Below, one piece after another: positions 31,400 to 46,700 of a stretch of DNA of 64,000 nt (its first letter is position 1; the number at the start of each line of letters is the position of its first letter). The DNA is from Takakia lepidozioides (taxonomy: Eukaryota > Plantae > Bryophyta). Position numbers and translations under genes: made by a program. Under the pieces are notes generated by a model. That model was not told the origin of the DNA, ran no database searches, and was given only the letters and a program-made list of their open reading frames with translations. The stretch lies in the NCBI GenBank assembly GCA_030704615.1, contig CM060733.1, forward strand, positions 49,910,001 through 49,974,000. Direction: 5' to 3'.

Positions 31400-33900
31400 G
31401 ATTGAATGTGTCTTTCAGATATGTGGGCAATTAGTACTAGAGTTGATTACGACATCCTAAAACTTCTCGCAGTAAGACTATACGAACAAATGCCTGAGCC
31501 TAAATGCGAGAATGGACATCTGTAGAGGATTTTGAACAACACAGATTAATACCGGGGTACAACCAGATTTCCATAGTTGCCAAGGAGTGTGAGCTCTAAG
31601 ATAGGCCCACACAGGGCATCCAAAAGGGTCTTGCCTTGTCCAACAATTCAAGAGAGGGAGAGGGATTGCTTGGGAGAAGATTTCTGTAGAAAGAAGTATC
31701 AAGAGAACAGACCCTGGATGCCATGGGGCATCATTGTTCACAATCCTCAATCGTTTCCGTGGGTTGGCACAAATTGGGCAGTCAGTCACCAAAGCTTGCA
31801 TGAAGATTTCGCCGTGGAGTGTGTTGTGTTGAAGGTTGCGGGGCCCAAAGATCGCAGTCTTCTCAAAGTTGCAATGGTGGACATCAACTCGTAAGTTACA
31901 ACGCCTCTCGCTTTTGGACTTTGAATTTGGCAGTCATTGCGAATCCTCATGAAGGATTCGGTTTGCAACTTCCCACAGGAAGACGTGCACTAATTTTGGC
32001 CAACCTTTCCTTCCTCCATATATTTTCCAAATACATTTCCAATCAAGACAAGTCCCTACAAGAAAGGATTCCATTTTCTCTACCACTTACTGTAGGACTG
32101 AGTGGGAGTGAGAAGCGAGTAACCAATTTTCAAAGAGTGTCCAAAGAAGGGGGAGCAGGAACCATTCATCCAAGAGCACTCTCCCCGTCAAATTGAAGGC
32201 TGGCCAGGGGGAGAGTGAGGAACCAGGAAAGGTTAAGAACATTGACAATAACAGTGAACCCGAGGCCTCAGACAGTTAGGGAATCTCCGTGTTTTTTTTT
32301 TTGGGTTAAAAATGTCCACTTTGAGCTGCTCATATATTCAATCTGGGATCAGGGAAGTGGAGGGTACCGAAGGCAATAAGTAGAATGTGATCACAGATTT
32401 CTCCTATGCAGATAAATATATGATGTTGAGGCGTGCTTTGGCAGCTATGTAAATGGATAGGCTGGCAGGCTTCTTCTTGTCTTCATCATCACCTGCCACG
32501 GGGTCAGAAACCAGAAGAATTGTTCAAAAACGAGGGAAACTGTGATGGGTAAACTGTGAGGGAAACAGCCTTTCCAGAAACTCGTAAGCTCCGTGGTATT
32601 CTATTTAGGAAGGCTTCAGCAGTGTCAACAGTCGAGCAGTGCAGGCCTGCTGGTTGTAGTGTCTTTTCCTCAACCATAGAGATCGGAATTGACAGAAGAC
32701 CTCCAGTCTGGTAATGTTGAAGTTCGATACATAGTTGGTGATGGCAGCGTCATTGGGCCAACTTCTCATGGACTCCACTAATCCTGCCACACTGGTTAGG
32801 TACTCTGTCCAGGCCCCAAAACATGCTTTGAACATAATAACTAGGCCTTGAAGACGATTGTGGCCAACCTAATCTGCATTGGAGCTTCGAACTAGTCTCT
32901 AGTCAGCTTACTGAACACGCAGAATGCAACTAGTGTGCAATGGAAATGGCTGAACCAAAGAGCCAATAACAGTGGGTTTTTGCACTCTATAACTCACAGT
33001 ACTTTCTATTGCTGATACTCTTGATTAACAAATTTGCAATTACAGTACAAACTTTTAAGAGAATCATCGAAGTGCTGAGTGAATGAGAAAGAGTCCAGAC
33101 TCTGGCAAGAAGAACAGGGGTAAGTGCCCATTTAAACTTTAAGACTAAGATGAGAGGATCCAAGGGCTTGCCACAAAGAAGTCCAGCTTTTCAAATTGCT
33201 CCTACCATCCATAGAATTAGATCAACCCAATTCCTACACCAGAGAGTTCAACTCCCACAGAGGTCACCAGTTGAGCTGCACCGCCTTAGGTCATACCTCT
33301 CTCATAGTATCAATGCTACTTTCTATCTTACAAACACAGACATGCACACCACAGGTCTACTAACTGTGAATATTGAGCGCACATACCATGGAGATAGAGA
33401 AAGAATTCAAAATTTATGAAGGTTAGAAGTGGTGTGAAATACCGCACGAAGCAGATGAGGTCAACTTCAAACTCCCCACTGGATCATATGTGCCTTTGAT
33501 CTCTGTATGACCAAGCGACCACTTCAAAATTTGGGTCAAGAGGCCGACCTTGAAACAGGTGCTGTCAACTGACCAGAAATTAACTGTGCTTACGGGTGAT
33601 CACAAACTTGGACCAGATACAGCTGAAACTCCAAACGCATGTGAAGGTCAAGAAGGTGCTACTCACAGTTCCAGAGAGAACTGATGCCCTTGTACTACTG
33701 TCTTTTCAATCCTTCACAACCATGGGGAATGCCCACAACTTGGATGCAATGAAGGACTATGACGACGGTGCCAAGAATGTATATCAGCATCTCTCTAAGC
33801 AAGGCATCTTTTCCTTTGTGGGTATGAACGCAGAAGCACGCACCACATCTCGAAAGACACTGGAGGGACGACAATGCCTGGAGTAGGACTGGATCCAGCC
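31400..33900 (-). mobile_element. Heavily degraded LINE remnant (zf-RVT-like C-terminus); boundaries approximate
   Basis: Minus strand at ~31950-32050 reads DWKCIW/IWRKERLAKISA/FLWEVANRIL and at ~31720-31770 LCQPTETIEDC...CPMA. This matches the L1 fragment at 60250-61005 (WKSIWTCIWEKTRPAKMSAFLWQIAN). Confidence 0.5.
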
Positions 33901-34721
33901 AGGAATATGCCTGAATGTTAAGAGATGCAGTCAGATTCCAGTTGACTCTTGAGGATTCGATCACGTTTTTCGAGCAGATAGCCGTCGTCACAGCCTAACG
34001 TTGTGTTATGGGCCTCACCACAGAGATTAGTTTCGGATTAGTGGCGCTTGATTAAGGGTTAATCAGGCCATCATGTCATCATCTACATATCCATTCAGGT
34101 AACCCTAGTTTCGAATGAGGCCTTCTCTGTATATCTCTCTCTCTTCAGACAGCTCTGATCGTCTTATTGCTGCAGTAGGCTAATTGTATGTGGGGTTTTG
34201 GGAACTCTGCATTTGCACGGGGGTTCCTCTCTGTTCGAGGGGCCGGGTGTTGTCTTGTAAGACATCGGTTTGATGGACTTGGGAGGGTATGATTTGCTCT
34301 AGACCATTGCAGGATTTCCCTGCCTGTCTTTTTTCTCTCTCTTTGAGCTCTGTGTCGATCTTTGTGTCATCAATTTCTGTGTTAAGAGGCCAATGGGGCA
34401 CCATTGAGGCGTAGGCTGCATGTAGGAGTCACCCGCTCCTGAGCTGTCCATGGGCAGATGGTGCTTTGAGTTTGCCACATCGCATTGAGACCGTGTGAAT
34501 CGCTGCCACAATTCATGCGTCTGTCTGCAGATTTTTATGATAGGTGGAGCAACTGTGTGATCGAAGAGGGAAACGAGGAGGGGGAAAGGGCTGGGAGTGG
34601 TAAGAGGGTGTAAGAACTGGGGGCAAATCAGTCGAGGGGCCGCCCTGCGGCGCATAAAGCCGTTGGTTGGTGGCTGTTGCGCTCGAATGCGCGGCCCCGT
34701 CCCCGCCCCCTGCTTCCGGCC

Positions 34722-37700
34722 ATGGACCTTCTACCCCGCCCGCCTTCGTTTGAAGCTACCCCGCAGGACCCCGCCCCTGCGATGCCGGCCGAAGAGCCCG
34801 AATACCTTTGTCGATACCTCTGTACCAAGCACTCATGGCGTGGCAAGTACAAGCGAATCCTCTGCCTCTCACCTTCGGCAATTATCACTCTCGATCCGTC
34901 CACACTGCAGGTAACAAATGCTTATGATGTGGCCACTGATTATGAGGGGGCGGCTCCCGTGACCGGAGGGCGTGATGATCCCTTACAGCAGCATGTACTG
35001 GAATTCACCATAAATTTGCGCACAGAGGGCCGCGGGAAGTTCAAGTCGATCAGATTCTCCTCCAGGTTGTCTCCCTCTCTAAAGAAAACTGTCCTCCTCC
35101 TTGAGCTGGCGGGATTTATCAACCCTACACCCTGACCCATAAGGGGTGTCTCAATTGATTCTCCCCTTCCAATGGTGCCCTTCTTCTGTTTGAGCCAAAT
35201 TAGGGCAACTTTTGGTTGCTCTCAGATTTAGCATGCATGAGTGACGACGGCTTTGAACCAGCTCAAAAGTGATGGCCCAATTTGTTCATAGAAAGCAGGG
35301 AGATCCATACCTGGGGCAGTCCTCTAGGATGATCCCTCACACCTAAATTGTTCTGAGCTCGACTCATGAAAACGAAGGTGCCAGCCTTCTTGGTGAGACT
35401 TCTCTATTGAGTGCGACAACAAGGTGCTAAAGGGAGAGGCTACTGGTGAAAGAATTCTAGTTCCAAATAAGATATTACATCCATCAAAGGCGCAAGTGGT
35501 TGTACCATTCAATTGGTTTCGATATGGACCAATTACAATTCCTGTAGGCTGCATATACATGTGTAGCAAACTAACTCCCCATCGTCATGAAATTGGGCAG
35601 TTGCGTTGGGCACGTCTTCATTAATATTGCAGTTCTGCAATCCAACAGTGACTTTGATTTCTGACATTACTATATGGGTTGTGAAGATTGCTTAAACATC
35701 TCACTTGGCCCTGAATACATGTAAGACTGGAAAATGTGATTGCATGGTGACTAGGTAGTTAACCTGCACTTCAGAAATTAGAGACTGACAACTCTTAATG
35801 CAAGCACGGCAGGATCATGACTTCATTGCTGTCTCTGTATAGCTTGACCACAGCCTGAAAACCTTCGTCCTGAGATCTGTCGATCTCACACATAGTGTCC
35901 ATCGTGGTTGAATGTCACACTGTCAGACTAGGTCTTAAGACCAGCTAGTGTATAGCTCAGTCTTACACTAAATGCTGCTGACCGGGATACATGTATGGCA
36001 GTTGTTCTACAGTAGCATTGTCCCAAAACTGCATATCTGTAACTATAACTGGTCTAACAAAGATCGAACATGCTGTATTGGCCGTTATATGCACACTTTT
36101 CTCTCTTTCTCAAAACATCAATCATCCCAATTGACTGTATTTAATCCTGTATTGGTGGACCTCAACTTGAGTTCCATGTGTGCAATAGTTGGCAAGATCT
36201 CAATCTTTGGTCACCTTTTCGCTGCGTCAGTGTCAACAATCTGACTGGGTTTTGGTTTGCAAGTCAGGTATCGGGCAGCAATATTGTCTGAACTAAATAA
36301 ACTCAAACAGCACCGAAATATGGGGATACCATCATCACCGCCTCCAACAGCAGCTGCTGATTTTCCTGTCCTCCATCTGCGTCGACGAGTGTCTGACTGG
36401 ACTCCCTTTGTACGTTCTTGCCTTGGTTTTATGTTTCTACTGGGTTTGCGATATTCTAATTTTCTAGGGAAGATGGGCAATGGAGAGGGGAGACATTTTG
36501 TGTGCAATGAACGGTAACGTGAGCTTATGAGCTTGGTCAGACAAAACACTCTCACACTGGCTGTCACATGAGATGGCCAACCTAACTTGTCTGTCAGGGA
36601 TGGCACAGTTCTCAGTCATGGACCCAATCCAGCCAATCTGTGCAAGGAGCCCTTCTAGCTGTCTCTTGAACATCATACTCTTGCTACTGGCATTATGTGA
36701 GGAGTGTATTGAAACAACTCCATTTGTGCTTGCGCAGATTATGAGGATAACAGCCATTGGAGTGGAGGTGCGAACAGCTCAAGGCAATTTACATTGGTGT
36801 CTAGACTTTCGGGATATGGATTCTCCAGGGATCATATTACTTTGTGATGCATATGGCAGGAAGGGCGTGGAGGGAGGAGGATTTGTGTTGTGCCCATTGT
36901 TTGATCGGAAGTGCAAGGCCTTCATCGCAGCTTCTGGAGTTTCTAACTCTTCAATTCTCACTAAATTAGTAGGTCCTCTCGTCCCTGTCACATGATTTAC
37001 GTTGAGTGTTGATGCTGTGGTGTTTGGTAGCATTCAAGACAGGTCATCATATAACACTTGCCAGTAGCACGGGGTAGCTGAATTTACAGTGCGCAGTGTG
37101 TGGACATAGGTTTCTTACCTTTTCGTTGTACTGAATTTCAGAATGACACATTTCAAATAATTTTTCCTCTAATTGTCCGACAGACAAGCACAGCTAAATC
37201 ATCGGTGGGCATCTACATGAATGTTGATACGTCACAAACAATCGGCGCCCCAGAATTCTTGAAACAGAGAGGTGAGGGACAGGTCTGTCCTTGGTTTCCT
37301 TTTTTGTTCCCGTTGCTGATTTAGTCCTTGGAGGTCCTATCCTTTTTGGCTGATTAACTAAGGACAGGATCTTATTTACCTCAGGGATGATATGCTAGAT
37401 GGCTAGTTGATAGCTCTGATGGAAGTTGCAATTGCATGGACTTAATCCTTAAGAATGTAGAAGAGAAGGCGCAGTGTGCCAAGTCCAACCATCAAAGGCT
37501 AGGAAGCACCCTCTCTCTAAACAGTGTTCTTTTGCGTGGTTACTTTTTCTTACCCTCTTTGATTTCATCAGGTCTTCTTTTGTTGGCCATCATACCTTGC
37601 ATGCTTGGTTACATGCCCTCTGCAATTAGGCCCTTAGTAAACTCAGTATAATGACCATTACCCGTTCTCAGGCACACTGAGATAGAGGTGTGCTAACTGT

Positions 37701-40700
37701 TACCATGAAACAGCGAAGACTGCAGTGGGTGCAGAAGAACCACCAATTGGAGACTGGTCTGTGACACGACATCGATCTGCTGGGCATGGCACTTCCATAT
37801 CATTGGGGCTCTCATTTGGAGCCGAGGCTAAATCTGTCCTTGGATATAAGGGGGATCCTGTTCCTAGACAGTTAGTTCTCACCAGAAGTTCCTTGGTGGA
37901 GCGCAGACAGAATAACTACGAGGTTAGTTGCATTATTTGCTCTATCTAAAACCTTTAATTCTCTTATTTCTTGTGCAATGTATTGGTGTCTTGTACAATA
38001 ACATAAAATGCAACAAAGCTTGTCTGGAAATCGGATTTGATTGGGTTCAACATTACGTCCGCTCTATTCATAACCTGCTCTTTGCTGTTTTAGGTCTGAG
38101 TATACCCAAGCAAATAATTGACTGTCTGGCTGATTCTTTGGCTCCAGCGTACTTAACCTGAACTGTGCAGTGGATGACTGATTGTCGTTCCTTGTATGGA
38201 ACGACAATTGTTCTTATGTCTGATTGTCCAAGGGGGGAAGAGGCAGAGAGAGATATATATATGATATGTCCACGGGAGGCCCAAGGGACACACAATTACA
38301 AGTGAGATTATACATCCAGTGGAAATCCGGCGGAGTGACAGGACAAGGTGGAGAGAGAAAGGAGAGGGTTTGGTAACAAAGTTTGATCTTAGGTCTTGCC
38401 CCTTTCCTCTCAAGAAAGAAATGTGCGGGGGGATAAGAGTTTGAAAACTGATGATTGACGCAACTGCAGGCAGTTATTGTTCGGCCTTTGTCTGCTGTTG
38501 CAGCCCTAGTCCGCTTTGCAGAGGAGCCGCAGATGTTCGCCATTGAGTTCAGTGATGGTTGCCCTATGCATGTAAGCCCTAGCTGCTCACTTGTGCCAGT
38601 CCCGTGCTTGATAAGATCCAGCTTACATCATTTGTCTCTCAAATTTGACTGTTGTCTTTTCTAGTTATCGTACCTCAAAAAACAGTCACATATTTTATTC
38701 TCATGTATTCTTAACAGTCTTCACTGGTTTTACACGTGTGATTGATTTGGAAGTCGTCCCTGGCTGGTGTGACACAAACAGGTGTACTCAAGTACCTCTC
38801 GCGATAATCTTTTAGCGGCGGTGCGAGATACGGTGCAAGCCGAGGTAGATGCTATTGCATTTGGTTATTGCTCTGGAGGTGGTTCATATTGGCTATTTAA
38901 AATTGGAGCCAATTTTCAATGTTTGCTGTCAATCTCCATGCATTGTGTCTAGTAATCAAATGTCAGCTTGGACCATGCACTGGTCATTCGCGACAGAACT
39001 CCCAGGTATGAATGGGCTTCTTGATGCTGTACTCCTGTAAAGTGCTTGCACACACTCACATTTGGCTGTTTGTATGGAAAGTCATGGCAACTGTCCTGTC
39101 TCTGCGTTTACTTGTCATCTGATGGTGGGTTGTTGGAACTTGACTGCAATGACAGGGGCAACGCCCTTTACCAGTGTTGCCAAGACTCACCATGCGTGGT
39201 CACTATCTGGACCCACCATGTGGACAAGTGGTGCCCCCCCCTCCACCTACCCCAGTGACAGGGCCACAGCGCCTGTTTGCAGATGTGGAAGGGGAGGCAT
39301 TGCATCTGAAGCACCTCACAGCTGCAGCCAAGGATGCTGTTGCTGAGGGGGGATCCACTCCTGGGTCGAAGGCCAGGCTATGGCGGCGGGTACGGGAGTT
39401 CAATGCCTGTGTCCCCTATAGTGGATTGCAGCCAAACATGGAGGTTCAAGATGTGACACTCATGACGTTGCTGTCAATGCTCCCAGCCCCTCCAAATCTT
39501 CCCCCAGAAGTCCCTCCTCCTCCACCCCCCTCTCCAAAAGCTGCTGCGACTCTGATGGGTTTAGTGGCTTGCCTTCGGCGTTTGCTTGGTTCAGTGACGG
39601 CAGCATCCATGGTGGTTTCCATGCCAGTTGCTGTGGGTAGAATTATGGGGCTACTAAGGAGTGGATCAGAAGGAATAGCAATGGAAGCAGCGGGGTTGCT
39701 TGCTATGCTCCTAGGAGGGGGTCCTGGTGAGAGCAATCTGTTGATGAACTCAAAGGGGGAGCGGCATGCAACACTTATGCATGCAAAAACAGCGACCCTC
39801 GGACATCAACTACACATAACAGTTTTAATCAATCGGCTAAAGCCAATGTCAGTGTCCCCATTGCTGTCCATGGCAGTGGTGGAGGTGCTCGAGCCAATGC
39901 TCTGTGAGCCACAGAGTGAGACAACTGATTACGCAATGTTTGTAGAGATGTTGCGCCAGGTGGCAGGTCTGCGTCGTCGATTGTTTGCACTTTTTGGTCA
40001 CCCCGCTGAAGGGGTTCGTGAGACAGTGGCTGTTATTATGCGCACAATTGCAGAGGAGGATGCCATTGCAGCTGAATCCATGCGGGATGCAGCACTGCGT
40101 GATGGAGCACTGTTGCGTCACCTCGTGCACGCCTTCTTCTTGCCAGCTGGCGAACGCCGGGCAGTCAGCCGCCAGCTTGTGGCCTTGTGGGCCGATGCAC
40201 ACCAACCAGCCTTGGATCTACTCTCTCGGATTCTACCCCCAGGGCTTGTTGCATATCTCCATACTCGCCCCGCTGAGGAAGAAGACGATCAGCAGAGCCA
40301 CCAGGCCGTGTCATCAAGTACCTTCTTAGCATCTCGAAAACAACGTCGTATCTTACAGCGGCGGCGGGGTCGGGTGCCAAGGGAAAAGAATCCATTTGCA
40401 CCTATATCCCATAGGGGGAATGGTTTGGACACAGGATTCCACAATGAGAATGCAAGCAGTGTCTTGGCTCCCACAGGTGTGGAGATCACAAATGGCCAAG
40501 GGCATACGGGTCAAGCTTCCCCTACAATCGGGGGCTCATTGGGGTTGTCTGCTGGTTCTGCTGAGGATGTGCAGGTGACTGTCTCATCTCCTACAGATCC
40601 GAGCCTTCCACATGCCTTGCCTGCACTATTGCAGTCCACAAATCCAAGTCTTAATAACTCAGCAGGGGAAGTTGATGTGACAAGCAGAGAGGTAACATCT

Positions 40701-43700
40701 CAGCCACTCTTCCCAGCGCCTGCCCAGGTGATTGCTGAGAACGTTTCAGTTGGATCTGGCAGGCTTCTTTGCAATTGGCCAGAATTTTGGAGAGAGTTCA
40801 GTCTGGATCACAGTCGTGCAGATCTGATTTGGAATGAACGGACAAGGCAGGAGTTGCGTGAAGCCTTGCAGACTGAAGTGCATCATTTGGATGTTGAAAT
40901 AGAGCGGACAGCTGACGTGAATGTCCTTGGTATTGTGGCTGTTGCTGGCGAAGCAAGTGAGAGAGAAGAGATTTCAAGCCAGCTTTCATGGAACTATGCG
41001 GAGTTTGCTGTCCGTTATCCAAGCCTCTCAAAAGAAGTTTGTGTAGGTCAATACTATTTGAGACTGTTGCTGGAGAGTGGAGGGGGGACAGCAAGCCAGG
41101 CTCAAGACTTTCCTTTGAGAGATCCCCTGGTCTTTTTCCGGGCACTGTATCATCGTTTCCTATGTGATGCAGATATTGGACTCACTGTTGAGGGGGCAGC
41201 AACAGAGGAGTTGGGGGCTGACTGGTGTGATATGGGGGGCCTAGACGGGTTTGGAGGGGGTGGGGGTTCTTCTGTACGGGAGCTCTGTGCGAGAGCTATG
41301 GCTATTGTGTATGAGCAGCACTATCACACCATTGGTGCCTTCGATGGGACCCCACACATAACGGTGCTGCTTGACCGGACCAATGATAGGGCTCTTCGTC
41401 ACCGCTTGTTGCTCCTATTGAGGGTATGAGTAATGTCCTGCTATTGGTTTGACAAGTATGCATAAAGATGGAAATCTTGATCTATAGTCACTGGTTGCTG
41501 CTGCTTGAAAGAGATATACATCAATGCCCTTGAGTTTGCTCTGCTGATAGGGAGTGGTTGGGTTGAAGTAGGTACTTATGAAGGTGCCAGCCAATTCAGT
41601 GGCTTCTGTTGCTGTTGGGGGCTGTGTTCTGGCTGTTGATCTCCTGACAACAGCACATGAAGCCTCAGAAAGAACGGCAATTCCTTTACAGTCCAACATG
41701 ATTGCAGCAACTGCATTTGTGGAGCCCCAGAAGGAATGGCACTATATCAACAAGGATGGGGTTCAAGTGGGTCCACTGGAAAAAGATGCAGTTAGGCGGG
41801 CTTGGTCCAAGCAGGAAGTTGACTGGAATTCCAAGTGCTGGGCATCAGGCATGACAGAGTGGAAGCGGCTACGTGACATTCGAGAGTTGCGGTGGGCATT
41901 GGCAACACGAGTTGCGGTTTTAACCCCAGTACAGGTGTTTTCTTCTGTCGCCTTGCCCTAATAGCAATCTGTTTCACCCGTGTTGTTGATGGATTGTCCA
42001 TGTCCTGATTTCTTTTTCACCTTCAGCTTGTGATAAACATTCTGGAGAACACAGTAACCAATGTGACAGAACCAAGGTCTTTTGTTGTGGAATATTGACT
42101 GATTTGTCTTCAAGTGGGCAGGTTGGAGAGGTTGCGCTCTCTATTTTGCACAGTATGGTGGCTGTTCATTCTGACCTTGATGATGCTGGGGAGCTGATTA
42201 TGCCAACCCCTCGTGTGAAGCGGATTCTTTCCAGTTCACGCTGCTTACCCCATATTGCCCAGGTGGTCTCTACACATATCACAGTTGATTGTGTTTGGTG
42301 CTCTGGTGAATTAATTGCAACAGTCTGATAGGATATTGTCCTCTGTGTGTTTTCATCTGGAGCAAACAGGATAGTGGATGGGTGGTTCGTTATGGTCATA
42401 ATTTTGGAAAGAGTAAGCAACTTCCAAGGCGATGGTGTAGGAGAGAGGTTCAACCTGTTGTTCAGCTGATGCTCAGACATGTAGATGAGTTGGTGTAAAA
42501 TGTACCGTTCTTAGGTTTTGTGGAGAAACATTTTAATTATCTTTAGAGGTTCACTTTTTCAAGAGTTTACAACCTACATTCTCATTTGGAGGACTAGTGC
42601 CAATGCAGGCGGTGTTAACAGGAGAGCCAGTCATTGTAGAAAATGCAGCCTCATTATTGAAGGCTATTTTGAACCGGAACCCTAAGGGGATGGCCCGGTT
42701 GTACAACACTGGAGCTTTCTACTTTGCCTTGGCGTATGGGGGTTCAAACTTACAGTCAGTGGCAAGCCTTTTTGCAAGCACACATGCACACCAAGCGTTT
42801 CATGGGGGTGCGGAAGCTGCAGTGTCGTCTTCCCTCCCACTAGCCAAGCGCAGTGTGCTAGGGGGCCTGTTGCCTGAGTCCTTGCTCTATGTCCTAGAGC
42901 GGAGTGGCCCAACTGCATTTGCAGCCGGCATGGTGGCGGATTTGGATACTCCTGAAATCATTTGGACCCACAAAATGAGGGGAGAGCGCCTGATTGACCA
43001 GGTGTATTTCTCTGTCAAAACCTCTTGTTTGACTTCGTCAATGCTGCCTGGACATCTTGTCGGCACTCTTCTCGTCTTGCAATTGTGTATCAAGCGTCTT
43101 TCTAACTGTGCCCTTCTTTAGGGGATCTTTTCTTGGAACCTCTTTGAGGCAGCTCCTGCTGGCAGTCTTTGTGTTGCGGGGAATGTAAGCCATGTTATTC
43201 ACTTGTTATCCAGGTTTTGAAGCATCTAGGGGATTTTCCTCAAAAGCTCTCACAGCATTGCCATGTGCTCTATGAATATGCGCCAATGCCTCCAGTGACC
43301 TATCCTGAACTTCAAGATGAAATGTGGTGCCACCGGTACTATCTGCGAAATCTCTGTGATGAGATACGATTTCCGGAGTGGCCGATTGTGGAACATGTTG
43401 AGTTTCTCCAATCTTTACTTGCCATGTGGCGAGAGGAGCTGACACGACGTCCCTTGGATCTGTCCGAGGAGGAGGCTTGCTCCATATTGGAGATCTCGCT
43501 TAACGAAAATGAGTCCAATGCAGATTTGTCCAACGGAGGCGGGGAGGATGAGGCAAAGGGAGGTAGTGGCAAGGTCTTTGGCCGGGTCGATGAAGAAATT
43601 TTGAAGCGGCAGTACCGCAGGCTGGCAATGAGATATCACCCTGATAAAAATCCAGAGGGAAGGGAGAAGTTTGTGGCTGTCCAAAAGGCGTATGAGCGGC

Positions 43701-46700
43701 TACAGGTCAGTTGTCCATCTCACTATTCCAAGTTCTGTCCTGAAATGTATGGTGAGATCCTAGGGCACTCAGCACCTCAGGACCTCATTTCCTTGCATGC
43801 TGGATGCTCTAGCCGAAAAGTATTTCCTGCGTTGTCCTCTGAAATTGGCTTCCGTCTCTTCTTTCCAACAGCATCTATTGTTTCCTTGGATGCGGTGTAT
43901 CTTCTCCTATTAATTACTTGCCTTTAGATTAGTGTGGAGGCCTCTTTGCTCCTTTGATACATAATACTATCGTCCTTGACATTGTGCTTGACTCAACGAG
44001 TGGGTTGTGCCAAAACTGAAGGAGACCTGTCAGTTTATGGGCAAGAGATTTCCTGTCCATCCTGTGAAATATAATCTTGCTTAACCCTATGGAAGCTTTG
44101 GAGTTTAGTCCTGAGCAAGCATTTGCTTTGGCTGCAGGCCACTTTGCAAGGTCTACAAGGTCCCCAGTCATGGCGGTTGCAGCTTCTTTTGAAGGGACAA
44201 TGCATTCTGTTCAGAAGATATGGGGATGTTCTGGAACCTTTCAAGTATGCTGGCTATCCAATGCTGCTGAATGCCATCACTGTTGACAGCGATGATAACA
44301 ATTTCCTTTCCCCGGAACGTGCTCCACTCCTTGAAGCAGCATCTGAGCTTATCTGGTTGACGTAAGTTCATCATTCATCTGTAATCCTTCATTGTGTCAT
44401 GGTTTTGTTGACATTCTTCAAGACAAATGTAAGCAAAACATAATGACTATCAGTTCACCAGGTGTTTGCAGTTCAGGGGGATTGAGGTAGTGCTACCCAT
44501 CAGGATCTATTTATTTGCCAACTTTGCTTACCATGTTGCACTTCTGGCAGAATTTACAGAACCAGTGCTGTTTATCAAAATACTAGTAACCTAGTGAGTG
44601 GGTCATGCACAAGTCTTGTTAGTAGGGTTTCCTTTCTTCTCCCACCCTCTCACCTGTCTTGTGCTCAAGCATCTTTATACCTATCTGACATGCAAGTGTA
44701 CCACTTTGTAAGTGTGTCGACTGTTACTTATGAAACAGAAGGAACCAAGGCAAATTGAATCTCGCTAGTAGGTGATGCTCAGAAGGATGCCATCTCTGCA
44801 TAAATCCACAAGTCATTTGTTCATTCATTATCAGGTGTGTATCATCAGCCCTGAATGGAGAGGAGCTAGTACGGGACGGAGGGGGTTCATTGCTGGCAAC
44901 ACTCTTGGCACGCTGCATGTATGTAGTCCAGCGGAGCACACCCCCTACTGATCCAGCAGCCGTGATTGTCACCAATGTCATGCGCACCTTTGCAGGTACA
45001 TAGTATGTGTCTTCTTACATCTATCGGTGTGGTTGTTACATGGACACAGATTGAGATTCAAGGTTTTCTGTCCATATAGTTTGGGCTAGGTGGATCCCTC
45101 TTTTGCTGCAAAACGATAAATAACAGGGAAGTAAAGAGATTGGGAGAGTGTCACAACCGATGTTTTTGATCCAACATGCAAAGAACCTGTCTCCAGGCCT
45201 GAGTACATTTGAGAGTGCCCGCCAAGAGATGCTGCAATCCCCAGGCTTTGTGGTGGATGTGGTGCACTGCTCTGAGCTGGAGCTTGCAACACAGGCGGTG
45301 GATGCTGCCCTCCAGACTATTGGTCAGCTTGCAGCATCATCAGAGCTTCAGGATGCGCTGCTCAAGGCTGGTGTATTGTGGTGAGTTTAGCGACGGGCCT
45401 GATGATTCCAAGCTGTGCTTGTCGATGCACCCATTTGTGAATTGCCTGCTAGGAGTGACTGTGTCTGGTTTTTCTATTCAACTTCCAGTATGGGTATGGA
45501 ATTTTCCTTAGTTATTTTGCATCTTCACTGACATCCAACAACACTAAGTTTCTGATGGCAGTCCACTTCTGATAGGCTACCATACCCCTGAGTGAATAGT
45601 TTAAGACGAATTTGTGGGTTGGCTGCTGGATTGCTGGATTCCCTATCTGCAGCACACAAGGTTCAACTTCTCTATGTCTAAGTCCATTCTTCTATACACC
45701 AGACATGATTACTATTGATGATCAAGATGGGGATTGACGGTGTGTGCATGGCAGGTACCTTGTACCCCTTCTTCTGCAGTACGACTCAACAGCGGAGACG
45801 GGCGAAACCAGTGGTTCCCAAGGCGTAGGAAATAGTGTTCAAAATGCAAAAAACATTCATGCAATGCTGTCAGCTCGAGCCTTAGCCAGACTAGGTGGTT
45901 TCCTTGAGGATGACCTTGTCACGCCATACAATGTGACCACAGCCAACTCTGTACAGGCATTACTAACCCCAATGTTAGCTGCTATGCTTGGCGATGAGTC
46001 ACCCCGGGAGCTTCTTCGGAACCTCAATTCGAACTTAGAGTCACCACAGGTATACTACACCTTTAAGGTCTTCCTGTAAGTCACATTGCACGCTTCTATT
46101 TCAGGCAACCAAAAGGTGTGGCAGAGAGTGATGCACAGAGAAAAAGAAGAGAAAGAAGGAAGGCTTTAGCATCCACAGTGGCTCAAGGGCCATGTGACAG
46201 TGGAATAAGAAGAATTAACTGCAGCAAACACTGAACAATGCCCAAAGGCAAAGTGCCTATACAGATAGGCTGCCAGGCACTTTGAGTTTTCAATGCTGAA
46301 AGCTAGAGAGGGATTTTTGCCATCACAGGCTGGCTAGAGGGAATGCTCGCTTTCCAAGGAGTTTCACCATGTGCTGAAAGGAGGAGCATTAGATACGCTC
46401 CATACAAGCTGTATATGGAATTGGTTTCACGCTAAAAACCTTGTGATAACTGTTTGCAGATTATATGGAACTCTGCCACGAGGGCAGAGCTGCTGAAGTT
46501 TGTGGATAGTCAGCACATTTCACAACTCCCTGATGGCTCCTATGACATGCGGCCTACTCAGGAGTTCAAGTACAAGGCACTGGCAAATGAGCTTCATGTG
46601 GGGGATGTATATTTACGTGTGTACAATGAGCAACCTGATTTTGAGATTAGCAAAGCCGATCGGTTTTGCAAAGCCTTATTGGACTTCATCAGCAGTATCG